Shown: positions 40,301 through 47,906 of the stretch, one piece after another | Numbering within the stretch: the first letter of the stretch is position 1 | Layout: every line of letters begins with the position of its first letter | Assembly: GCA_016928955.1 (NCBI GenBank) | Contig: JAFGJV010000004.1 | Span: forward strand, 62,001-126,000 | Reading direction: 5' to 3' | From: Spirochaetales bacterium | GTDB lineage: Bacteria; Spirochaetota; Spirochaetia; Treponematales; UBA12059 | DNA length: 64,000 nt | Made by a program: the position numbers and the translations under genes | Notes under the pieces: generated by a model | What the model was told of the DNA's origin: nothing | The model's database searches: none | The model's input: the letters and a program-made list of their open reading frames with translations, nothing else

Positions 40301-43300
40301 GCAGAGCGCGCGGCGCTTGCCGCCGACAGCGCGGCAAAAGGAGGGATGCTCAGCCTGGTGGGCGAGGACGCGGAGCACGGCGCCCGGGCCCTGGACCTCA
40401 ACCAGGTAGGAGAACTCAGGCTTGCGTGCGACCCTGACGGCCTTCTAGAAAAGGCCCTTGCGTCGGCCGGCATCTCAGGCATGGCAAAAGCGCTCGCGTG
40501 GTCGGGAACGGCCGGACAGACAACTGGCGTCCGCACGGACGATGGGTTTGCCTGCTCCTGGGATTCGGCCGCCATCCAGGCTAGCGCCCGAAGCTACGCG
40601 GAAGATTCCCGGCAACGCCTGAGCACGGGACAGGCCAAGCTGATGGCCAGGAGCGCGCGGGACGCCGTGGACCTTGCCGTGAGGGGTCTGGAGGATTCGG
40701 TACGGCAAGCGAATTTCCAGTTCGAGGACAGCATGGACGAGCTCTTCATGCGACAAGGGGGCTGGTCCAGGTACGGGCGGCTGTACGTGAAGGACGTGTT
40801 GAGCCATTCGACGCTCTTTGACTACGCGATCACCGAGCGGGCCAGCGTGGATACCTACCGCGAATACAGGATGGACGCGTGGCGCCCGTCCACGGATTTG
40901 TCCGACGAGGCGAGCGCGGGCCTGGACGGAGCGGGACTCCAGGAGCTCGTGAGGCAGGCCCAGGAGGAAGTGGAAAAGAGGGCGGGCACGGTATTCGGCA
41001 CGGAAGACGATGAGACGGAAGATGCAATAGCCAGCCGTACGCGTCTGTTCAGGTTTTACAGGGAAGAGCGCTATGTGAGCGGGATGGAAACCATCACCGT
41101 GGAGGATAGGAACGGCGACCTGCGGACCATAGAGCGGCCTGTTTACTCAACCAGAGTGCTCGAAGACGAAGGCAAGCTCCAGAAACGCACCACGGGCGCT
41201 GGTCTGTTCGGCGCCTGGCTTGGGTATGATCCAGTGCTTTCCGACCTCCCCGATGTGGACGAGGGTTTGGACGACACCTTCCGCGACCAAGGCTCCGGCG
41301 AACTCGGCCGGCTCATGAGCCAGTACTTGTATTGGAGCCTCAAAGAGGGCAAGGGCCTGGGCGAGTTGGCCAAGCCAATGTACGAGAAGGACCTCTGGGA
41401 TGACAGGGGCAGCTGGCTTCAGGCACCCAACCTGAGGGGAATAGCTGACATCGGCGTTACGATAGGGGCGGCCGTACTGTCCGGCGGCACGAGCCTCGGC
41501 GCCATGCTTGTGTCCGCGGGCATCAACCTGGCCGACGACGCCGTGTTTGGCGCCCTGGACGTGGCCACAGGATACAAAACCTGGGAGGAGGCCGGGCTGG
41601 AGTTCGGGAAAAAAGCCGTGTCGTCAGCCATGGGCGCGGTGGTCGGCTCCACGGGAGGCCTTTCGTCCCTCGTCGACCCGTCGCTCGGCTTTGGCCATGT
41701 GCTTGCGTCCACCATGTTGGACGAGGTCCAGACCGTCGGCATGAGCTTGGCCACGTCCGCGATAAACGCCGTGCAATGGGACGGATCGGGCCTGGTATGG
41801 TCCAGCGACATGTTTTCTGCGGGCGTGACGGGCGGACTGAGCGGCGCCTTGGCCGGTGCCGCTGGCGGAATAACAGGCGGCGTCATGAACCTTGGCCTGG
41901 AAGGTTTTGTGTCCGACCTGGCATCCGACGCACGGACCTTGTCGGCCGTTCTTGGCGGCCTTGCAGAACAAGGCGTAAGCTACGCCATGGGCGGGACGTC
42001 CAGCTTCAACCTCTTCAACCTTGGCGTATTCGGGTGGAAGGGCGAGGATGGGAATGCCATACGGACGGGCCTTCTGGAATTGAGCATAGGAGGCGACGGC
42101 ATCGGCCTGGGCTTGGGACAAGGCGGCATGGATATGAGCCTGGGCACCATAGCGAGCGCCCTGCGGGGCACGGAGGCGTGGCTGGTGAACGCCCGCATGG
42201 CCTTTTCCGGTCAGGACGAGGCCGGCAAATACGCAAGCGCACTGCGATCGTTGTATTCGGCAGGCAAGGCGTCGGGTCCGGACAGAACGCGCTTTGAACA
42301 GATCATCTCAGGCAAGGCGAATATTCTTGAGGACGCGGAAGGCGCTTTCTCCGCGCTGACCAAGTACGACACGACGAGCGATACCTACACCATAACCCTG
42401 GGCAAGAACGTCCTTGAGGACTCGTCCCGTTTCGGACTTAACATAGTGCTGGCCCACGAAGCACGGCGCAACGGACTGAATGACGGGGAGGACGGACAGA
42501 CCAAGGAGACGCAAGACGCCGTCATTGGCCATATAGAATTGGCGGCTGCCTTAGGCGATACCTACGGTATGAACGCACTAACGGAACGACAGAGGGCGGA
42601 GGTAACTGCGCTCAATGAGGCCCGCAAGGGCTATGTGGCCGGCATGCTGGACGTGTTCGCCAGCTACGCGTCCGAGGACGACTATTGGCGGCTTACCGTG
42701 GACGGCAACCTGATGTACGACGGCTTCAAGGAATTGCGCAGGGAATTCTACCTTGCGAACGGGGAAGTGGGGGTGGAGTTTGTCGAGGGGAGCCAGGAAG
42801 AGACGACCCGAGGCGGAGCCTTGGTGCACTATCTGGGGGAGGGCAGGGCGCGGACCCTGCTTGGCGGATCCGCCGACTCGCTGGGTACGTATGACCTAGA
42901 GTCGCTCAAGTCGGTCATGCCGTCGCTTACGCAGGAATCCCTCTCGGCTTTGAAAGACAACGGCGGGACCCTGGCTGACCTCAACCTGACCCAGGCCCAG
43001 AAAGACCAGTTACTCGGCGAGTCGCTCATGAGGAAATACGGCATGGCGTTTGACCAGGACAAAGGATGGTCGGGCAAGGAGACCGTGTCGTTCTCGCTTA
43101 CCGACGAGGATGTGGGCATGATAGGCATAGCCCGCGTGGGCGCTAACCAGTACGAGCGCTTTACCGTATCCATGATCGTGCGGAGGCATCCGGACGCTTT
43201 CGATACGTGGAAAGACGGTTCGGCTACGAATGACTACAACGTCCGCGACAACAGCGACATAGCTTTTTACAAGTGGGCCCTGCCCGGCGAGCGTCTGGCA

Positions 43301-43810
43301 AACGGCCAGGAATTCGAGCGTTACGCTCCCCAGTTCCAGTTTACCAGTATCGCCAATACGCTCGGCGGAGAGAACGACCGGATATGGGAGGTGTCGATCG
43401 AGGACAAGGATAAAGTGCCCCACACCTATCTCAGCAACACCTTGGCCAGTGGCACCTTCAATATGAGGCTGATACCGTCAACAAGCGGGAGATATGGTGT
43501 CGACACGGTAGGTTTGCTTTCAAACGCCACGACCTTGGCTGGCGAATATATCGGTATTGACGGAAGAGTGAAACCGGAGGATAAACTATGGATATTCCAT
43601 AACTTTGGTACGAATGCCACTTCGCTTGGATGCATGGGCCCTATGAGTGATGATATCGATTATGGAAATAATGAAGAAGCATGGCATATTGTTGAAGAGA
43701 TAGGTTCTGGTGCTTGGAAAATGTATCAAATATTGCAAAAACTGCGATCTTGGAATATTTACAATGGTTTAGTTTTTTCTGGATATATTTCGGGAAAGGT
43801 GAAGCCATGA
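34367..43810 (+). CDS. Giant (3147 aa) exported protein, putative polymorphic toxin
   Basis: AAGGAG RBS; Sec signal peptide (VSA/QT); long acidic Ala-rich helical body; Gly-rich hydrophobic segment; HEARR; low-GC C-terminus with HNFGTNATSLGC. The ORF is certain; the function is inferred. Confidence 0.7.
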   Translation: MTYLDTRRIAAAFMAVIMALAGVSVSAQTDERMLEEVFSQNLEQCFAEADGARDPVAWIRCAQGGLEAAVAGWEAAALAVYEGGPSFEGDKDRIQRLGQEELDRCFASWLMDRFFGGEAAKLRASVASAAERESRRRLYVTDDSSELCLAPNGDPIIQRPQGSIEAEGQAWQSALNAYAKDATDSFLAAINGLGQDALSRLAPGERERFRDIFAKSSLRESERCGTLVQELMRREESLFVARLGSDRWSLRSQSEGESADNALLEACEEAEAACDAGLSALALRIEEAKAGAGDLALEGADWLEQFQEQFERGLDAWERAEERFMTRRLEWEASAASAFDAGMTAWADAYDRLEMASQAWEEQASALLVTGEAAFKEASVALADDIEKARALFEFSAAQRQSSGSEKAAALVDIYVQSTRSMSSAEEGAKYWLGILFDRVGMDDPPEFGSQELETFLELRKILLSTPVYAADAYDAQREALEESERWLGMYGDFRNRCTEARNSLENEYTLALGGEALGAVLSDGTGPGEFCLDEYQVALLKARAVRAYWDRRASMAELVQAYAEDLSSGRATEAESDDALAAAGIEYASALDAYRQAVGAVTDAGSAIQDSRSALASALDELDRAGSALEALNREYSRALAAIALGGAGYLRDEAEALYQAMAELETEEAAEREADKLAAFLAAGSAYGVGATLESASVAFDYLVRGRSGEPSLAELDAAWRKVWDPSGSDVPDHVDQFGLSTEDPEYHVLARMLKGLETADPADGAYLKAGEDAIRAVVRTAAARKNAALKQRLDDLALIAAADLRAWYAERAGRSLPEDIETALAGDLERAERELLKRRLELELGALKQDGSSSLDAFWAGNPEDRERALVVLESLAQGLEGHWDDGAGAFDTVLAGLCAAEEGVELFIMGQGFYSVDGLDLGTCFANEELTGCLQANGRYGAYHEWAAYAPAVEAEHRRMALSIMSDALSDLGMSSPDEALGELGLPGAAALSAALNSEPEMAIEKTLDLMIAGQGARSLAPGWMSGVLDSWVAAVAESAASWALASGVGLVSVAQADSGIRDARLALDQALAGANPDMELEPLARALARAQALRVLAITAERIETARAEAEEDGTLHWRQGLCSPCLDASDDDAGEQASAPALAGSSSWIEGYALDSADALDMAARAAGGALRQWRDEDFIAGVRTDTALEASYRHLLAGIASYLTDPSAAYSSAYAIVLPSRLDDAFTAASGEWNSVLAGKARLRASFANAVNDWALACDPVALKDALPSMEICLNAARDSYELARTSWEQATSSFTAAGAAYETARQAAASLYTGLEDARFELEARKALQRWASTAYLSSEGERCVAVYRDPAAELAWCRDRLARSTEAVDVLAGLYAGDLSERPYDDPEYQAALAEFKARQTDAMLMAKAEATLSKTWTALSAERASALRAYWDIINGGESGMPFAQELPFEDYQALDTLSTAGWNDVLTVGADGRLALSRDADNRLVLNDADGARILADYFKPTEEGGPSRFQEALGNFSARIASYNLDGEQLYSWGLARDYLLSSVLRANPDAAVLSQDGPVSDSRLHDAINAVSVYYEPASNMLDEFRAQGLDVLRRRAWDKLGQEQKADLEMLVTLELSGSCQVTPLLNAIKDATRAAEYRYMEARFDHLIDQVSFILWPPNLVRYLYWKDARDSILSGPCDGFTREMDQGAKALNARASEMAKAWNRIQGVEKQLAALSLDGAGDVGDHIARAVKAAGGWSDEDVAGLKSACARQQAAIQEGSSFPELVAGMSERCSQAAADATKTLEAVHSRKRADSNQLVADFQACYDGYLSGDTDEGAFRAAAALAYGAGSPSWSSHLRSLGAWTLDGLLSSPDTDPEFLEKAARSMVSLIERAWAERVAGERAVLADEYSLAFEDLAERWNAWNTAAGLILSRGRADFMQARSDMAERAEAWAAAFDKSYREKTLAWNAAALDAADSKLAWAERAALAADSAAKGGMLSLVGEDAEHGARALDLNQVGELRLACDPDGLLEKALASAGISGMAKALAWSGTAGQTTGVRTDDGFACSWDSAAIQASARSYAEDSRQRLSTGQAKLMARSARDAVDLAVRGLEDSVRQANFQFEDSMDELFMRQGGWSRYGRLYVKDVLSHSTLFDYAITERASVDTYREYRMDAWRPSTDLSDEASAGLDGAGLQELVRQAQEEVEKRAGTVFGTEDDETEDAIASRTRLFRFYREERYVSGMETITVEDRNGDLRTIERPVYSTRVLEDEGKLQKRTTGAGLFGAWLGYDPVLSDLPDVDEGLDDTFRDQGSGELGRLMSQYLYWSLKEGKGLGELAKPMYEKDLWDDRGSWLQAPNLRGIADIGVTIGAAVLSGGTSLGAMLVSAGINLADDAVFGALDVATGYKTWEEAGLEFGKKAVSSAMGAVVGSTGGLSSLVDPSLGFGHVLASTMLDEVQTVGMSLATSAINAVQWDGSGLVWSSDMFSAGVTGGLSGALAGAAGGITGGVMNLGLEGFVSDLASDARTLSAVLGGLAEQGVSYAMGGTSSFNLFNLGVFGWKGEDGNAIRTGLLELSIGGDGIGLGLGQGGMDMSLGTIASALRGTEAWLVNARMAFSGQDEAGKYASALRSLYSAGKASGPDRTRFEQIISGKANILEDAEGAFSALTKYDTTSDTYTITLGKNVLEDSSRFGLNIVLAHEARRNGLNDGEDGQTKETQDAVIGHIELAAALGDTYGMNALTERQRAEVTALNEARKGYVAGMLDVFASYASEDDYWRLTVDGNLMYDGFKELRREFYLANGEVGVEFVEGSQEETTRGGALVHYLGEGRARTLLGGSADSLGTYDLESLKSVMPSLTQESLSALKDNGGTLADLNLTQAQKDQLLGESLMRKYGMAFDQDKGWSGKETVSFSLTDEDVGMIGIARVGANQYERFTVSMIVRRHPDAFDTWKDGSATNDYNVRDNSDIAFYKWALPGERLANGQEFERYAPQFQFTSIANTLGGENDRIWEVSIEDKDKVPHTYLSNTLASGTFNMRLIPSTSGRYGVDTVGLLSNATTLAGEYIGIDGRVKPEDKLWIFHNFGTNATSLGCMGPMSDDIDYGNNEEAWHIVEEIGSGAWKMYQILQKLRSWNIYNGLVFSGYISGKVKP

Positions 43811-44997
43811 AAGCCAAAAGTTGGGTTGTAGTTGGTATTGTAATTTCAGTTGCGTCTTGTTCACAAAAGCCAGGGATATCTGACGATAACCAGGTAGTTC
43901 TTTATGAGGCTGTTAATAAAAATGATGTGGTTAATCAGTTTGTTAGCATAGAAGAAAAAGATTTGCCTGAATTGTTTATAGGAATAAATTATTTCCCTGG
44001 AGATTCAGTTTGGCTAGATACAGAAGGTGAACTAAAAACCCAGCCAATAATAAATAATAGTTTTCAAAGCTTTCCGTGGACCATGTACAAAAAAAATATG
44101 CTTATTCATTTAAGCTCTACTGGTAGAGTATCTATAGAGAGGTTTAGCGCTATTTATGATCAAGATGGCTATTTTGTATTTCAACAAACACAGGGTTCAC
44201 AAAGCAAGGGTTACAATGAATATTTAATCATGGGTGGAGGATATTTTCTCAATCAGTTTTATTATAAATCTGGTCTAGATGGAAAAACTGCAACTGGAGG
44301 ATATATAAACTTAAATGAATTTTCAGATAAGAGAGATAATAGCGACATAGAAGATATTTTGTCTGGAGAATTTAGTAACGATTATAATTCAGGCAGCTTC
44401 GCAGGGTATCTTCTTGATGACGGCATCCAAAGTGTGTCAGCCTCATCCAGCCTGGCTGAAAGCGCCCAGGCGGGCGGATTTGTCTACTCGCCTGAAAAGA
44501 TGCTCAAAAAATACGCATTCATCGACCACCCCGAGGGCGGGTCCATGGAGTATCGCAACTACCTCCGGTGCTGGGCCGAGGGAGTGGTCGGGCCGGGACT
44601 TGGCGAGTACGTGGATATAGTGTTCTCTCGGGACAGCGACCGGCTCATCGTGCTCAATGGTTACGTGGACATACTCAGGCGCTCTTTATACAAGGATAAC
44701 AGCAGGCCCAAAGTAGTTGAACTGCGGAGCGAGAGCCCGGAATTTACCATGGAGTACGAATTTGAGGATGTGGTCAAATTTCATGAAATTGCGTTGCCGG
44801 AGCCCACGCGTTCTCTCAGAATGACCATCAAGGACGTGTATCCGGGCAGGAAGTATGATGACACTTGCGTGAGCGCCGTCATGCTACCCCAGGAACGCTG
44901 GCGTAGCGAGGACGAGGAGCGCGCAGAGCTGTTTGCGTACTTGGTGGAAATAGGGGCATGGGAAACGATACGGGCCGAGCTGGAAGCAGGCCAGTAG
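43807..44997 (+). CDS. Lipoprotein with a C-terminal NADase-type glycan-binding (discoidin-like) domain; putative immunity protein
   Basis: ATGA overlap with the giant gene stop; VASC lipobox; WAEGVVGPGLGE, LNGY, YKDNSRPK, IKDVYPGRKYDDTCVS. Confidence 0.75.
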   Translation: MKAKSWVVVGIVISVASCSQKPGISDDNQVVLYEAVNKNDVVNQFVSIEEKDLPELFIGINYFPGDSVWLDTEGELKTQPIINNSFQSFPWTMYKKNMLIHLSSTGRVSIERFSAIYDQDGYFVFQQTQGSQSKGYNEYLIMGGGYFLNQFYYKSGLDGKTATGGYINLNEFSDKRDNSDIEDILSGEFSNDYNSGSFAGYLLDDGIQSVSASSSLAESAQAGGFVYSPEKMLKKYAFIDHPEGGSMEYRNYLRCWAEGVVGPGLGEYVDIVFSRDSDRLIVLNGYVDILRRSLYKDNSRPKVVELRSESPEFTMEYEFEDVVKFHEIALPEPTRSLRMTIKDVYPGRKYDDTCVSAVMLPQERWRSEDEERAELFAYLVEIGAWETIRAELEAGQ

Positions 44998-45021
44998 CCT
45001 GTTTAGGAAGATGAGGACACG

Positions 45022-45057
45022 ACAAACGGCGCGTTCCTTATTGGACGCGCCGTTTGT
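45022..45057. terminator. Bidirectional terminator-like hairpin between convergent genes
   Basis: Perfect 13-bp stem ACAAACGGCGCGT / ACGCGCCGTTTGT. Confidence 0.75.
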
Positions 45058-45068
45058 GTGAGTTGCGC

Positions 45069-45437
45069 TCAGAACCAGCCGTCGTCGTCGCTTTCGTCCC
45101 AACGTATGGCTGTTATGTAAGCTTCCATCGAAGAATCAAAAGTCTGGAAGAAGGTCTCAGTTCCTTCATAGGTTTCACCCGCTGACAGGTTGACACTATA
45201 CGTCCACTATTCGTCTACCCACCCCGTAGCATCATAGAGCTCGATGAGCACTGATACGTTTTCTATTTTTTCATAACCAGTATTATAGAGTGTGTACAGG
45301 ACATTCGTCGAGCTTCCACCGTTAGTTATGCCATCAATTGTAAAAGAGACGCCGTAATCCGGAAAATCGCAGGAGAACGACACGAGGATGGTCAGCGCGG
45401 CCAGGACGGCAAACAGGACATACTTTGAGCGTTTCAT
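45069..45437 (-). pseudogene. FxLYD-like lipoprotein interrupted by an in-frame TAG at 45207-45209
   Basis: GGAGG RBS; SFSC lipobox; IELYDATG; frame continues 45 codons (WTYSVNLSAGETYEG...DDDGWF) to TGA. Confidence 0.65.
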
Positions 45438-45521
45438 GGTTAGCCTCCACTAGGAAGAAATATAGAGCACATCCGGCATGAAAACATGAAATACCGGGAA
45501 AAATTACAGACCGGAGGCGGG

Positions 45522-47783
45522 CTATTCGTCCTTGAAGGCCAGCACGCGGGACAGTTCGGCCGCGTAGGCCGGCTCGGTCGGGGCCAGGCGGACGGCCGTC
45601 CGGAGGAGGCGTTCGGCTCCGGCAGCGTCTCCCAGCTTGAGCCGTATGCCCGCCAGGGCCGACATCACGCGGGGGTCGTCCGGGTGTCGGAGCCTGAGCT
45701 CCTCAAGGAGGGCTGAAGCATCCCTGGCGGAACCGCCGGCGGCAAGCTCGAGGGCCTGCTCCATGATGGCCTCGGGTCCGCAGTGGCGGTCCGAGCAGGC
45801 GCGAAGGAAGCTTTTAAAGCCCACGGCCAGGACGGCGCGGTCGTCGGATTGCCTGGTGCCGGCGGCAAAGGAGCTGACGTCGTCCAGCAGGGCGGACACA
45901 AAGGCCGCGGGGTGCTGGCTGCCCTGGGCGGTCAGGAAGGCCGAAAGGCCAGCGGTTTCGTAGAAGCGGCCAGAGCTGGACCTGGCTTCTATGATGCCGT
46001 CCGTATACAGGACCAGCCTGTCGCCCGGGCTCATGGCTGTGGACGACTGCAGCCTGGGAAAGTCCTCGGTGATGCCCAACAACATGCCGTCGGGGGTTTC
46101 CAGTTCCTCGACGCTTCCGTCCAGGCGCCTGAGCAGGGCCGGCGGATGCCCGGCGCTGGCGTAGAACAGGCTGCCGTCGCTGACGTCCAGCACGGCCAGG
46201 AAGGCGGACACAAAATAGGTTTCGCCGCCTATGAGCTCGCACAGTTCGCTGTTGACCTCGGCAAGTATGGCGCTGGGTTCCCAGCCGCGCAGGGCGTGTG
46301 CCCGGAAGCTGACCTTGGCCATGGCGGCCACCAGGGCGGCCGGTATGCCGTGGCCGGACACGTCTCCCACCACAAAGGCAAAGCGGCCAGAACCCAGGTC
46401 GATGGCGTCGTACAGGTCGCCGCCCACGTTGGCCATGGCCTGGTAGCGGGCGCCAAAGCTGAGCGCCGGGGAACGGGGTAGCTCGTCCTCGTCTGGAATG
46501 ATTTTCCTCTGCACGGCCGCGGCCATCAGGACTTCTTCCTCTATCTCGTCGTTGCGGCGCCTGAGCAGGGTGTAGGCCTCGTTGAGCTTGCGCGTGCGCT
46601 CGGCCACGGCGCGCTCCAGGGTCTGGGAATAGCGCTCGATTTCCGACCGCTGTTCCTCCATGCGCCGCATGTCGTCCGACAGGCTCTCGGCCACGTGATT
46701 GAAAAAATCGGCAAGTTCGCCGAACTCGTCGCCGCTTTTCAGGTCTACGCGGTAGTCAAGCTGGCCCGCGGCCAAGGCCAGGGCACCGCGCTTGAGGGCC
46801 TCCACGGGCCGGGATATGGCCTTGGATTCGAGCACGGCCAGGATGATGGCCGCGACCAGGGCCAGCATGGATATGGCTATCAGTGCGCGGAAGAAATCGA
46901 ACACGGGAGCGCCCACGTCGGCTATGGGCCCGAGGCCGAGAATCAGCCAGTCGGTGCCGTCCACGCGGGACGAGGCGTAGTACAGGCCGTGTTTGGGCAG
47001 GAACCCGGACGTGCGCTCCACGGAATTCATGTAGCCGCGCATGCCGTCGAGCGGGGACGACGCGGAAAAGGCCGACACTCCCAGCACGGCCGCGCCGCCT
47101 GATTCCAGCCTGGCTATCACGGCGCCTGCACGGTCCACAAGGTACGTGCTCGCGTTGCTGGTAAAGCGCCGCAGGGGAAGGATGGACTCTATGCTAGCAA
47201 GGCGAACGTCAGCGGCCAGCACGCCAAGGAGCCGCCCGTCCAGCCTGCAAGCCAGGCTGATGGACACGACCTGGTCGCCCGTGCCCGCGTCCGTGTAGGG
47301 CGAGCTGACAAAGGCTCGGTCGCCCAGCAGGGCCTGGGCGAACCAGGGACGTTTTCGCCAGTCCCAACCCGGCTCTGGTGTCCAGCCGGACCCGTCCATG
47401 TAATACCCGCCGCTGCGGACAAAGCCGTCGGCCAGCACAACGCGGTTGCGGGCGGAGTACTCGGCCGTGCCGTAGTACATCCAGGCCACGTCCGGATCCG
47501 ACTGGGTGGACGAGGTAAGCAGGGTGTGGATCAGGGCTGGCTGGTCGTTCAGGGTTTGGATGTGCGACTGGATGGTAGCCAGGGCTCCCAGCTTGCCGGC
47601 CAGCCAGGACTCCAGGTCCGACGCCGCCAGGGCCATGTCCCGGGTCACGTTGCCAAGCACCGCGGATTCCACGGAACCGGTCACGGTGAAGTACAGGGCA
47701 AAGGCCACCAGGGCTATGACCGCTGAAAAGAGGAGGACAAGGGTGGTGAAAACTCGACGGGCTACTGATCGTTGTTTCGGCAC
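45522..47783 (-). CDS. Membrane sensor PP2C/SpoIIE (RsbU-like) phosphatase with dCache, HAMP and a C-terminal TPR
   Basis: PYTDAGTG Cache motif, DEFGELA HAMP, VGGDLYD, GDVSGHG, SAGHPP, LYTDGI, SDD. Confidence 0.92.
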   Translation of the reverse strand: MPKQRSVARRVFTTLVLLFSAVIALVAFALYFTVTGSVESAVLGNVTRDMALAASDLESWLAGKLGALATIQSHIQTLNDQPALIHTLLTSSTQSDPDVAWMYYGTAEYSARNRVVLADGFVRSGGYYMDGSGWTPEPGWDWRKRPWFAQALLGDRAFVSSPYTDAGTGDQVVSISLACRLDGRLLGVLAADVRLASIESILPLRRFTSNASTYLVDRAGAVIARLESGGAAVLGVSAFSASSPLDGMRGYMNSVERTSGFLPKHGLYYASSRVDGTDWLILGLGPIADVGAPVFDFFRALIAISMLALVAAIILAVLESKAISRPVEALKRGALALAAGQLDYRVDLKSGDEFGELADFFNHVAESLSDDMRRMEEQRSEIERYSQTLERAVAERTRKLNEAYTLLRRRNDEIEEEVLMAAAVQRKIIPDEDELPRSPALSFGARYQAMANVGGDLYDAIDLGSGRFAFVVGDVSGHGIPAALVAAMAKVSFRAHALRGWEPSAILAEVNSELCELIGGETYFVSAFLAVLDVSDGSLFYASAGHPPALLRRLDGSVEELETPDGMLLGITEDFPRLQSSTAMSPGDRLVLYTDGIIEARSSSGRFYETAGLSAFLTAQGSQHPAAFVSALLDDVSSFAAGTRQSDDRAVLAVGFKSFLRACSDRHCGPEAIMEQALELAAGGSARDASALLEELRLRHPDDPRVMSALAGIRLKLGDAAGAERLLRTAVRLAPTEPAYAAELSRVLAFKDE

Positions 47784-47906
47784 GCGGCGCTCGTTCAGGG
47801 GTAGGCCGGCGGATGGCCGCGGGCCGTTGCAGGCAGTATACCCTGATTTTCAGTTTGGGGTAAGGGGCGCTCGCCCACGGGCGTCGTTTTAGGGTACAGT
47901 GCGCGC

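Noticed and set aside
34367..43810. Giant ORF as phage tape-measure, RHS, RTX, hemagglutinin or intein-containing protein
   Set aside because: Has a signal peptide; no phage genes nearby; no YD, GGxGxD or FHA repeats and no Hint-domain motifs seen
45207..45209. Pyrrolysine codon
   Set aside because: No pyl genes in the window, and many genes here use TAG as a normal stop
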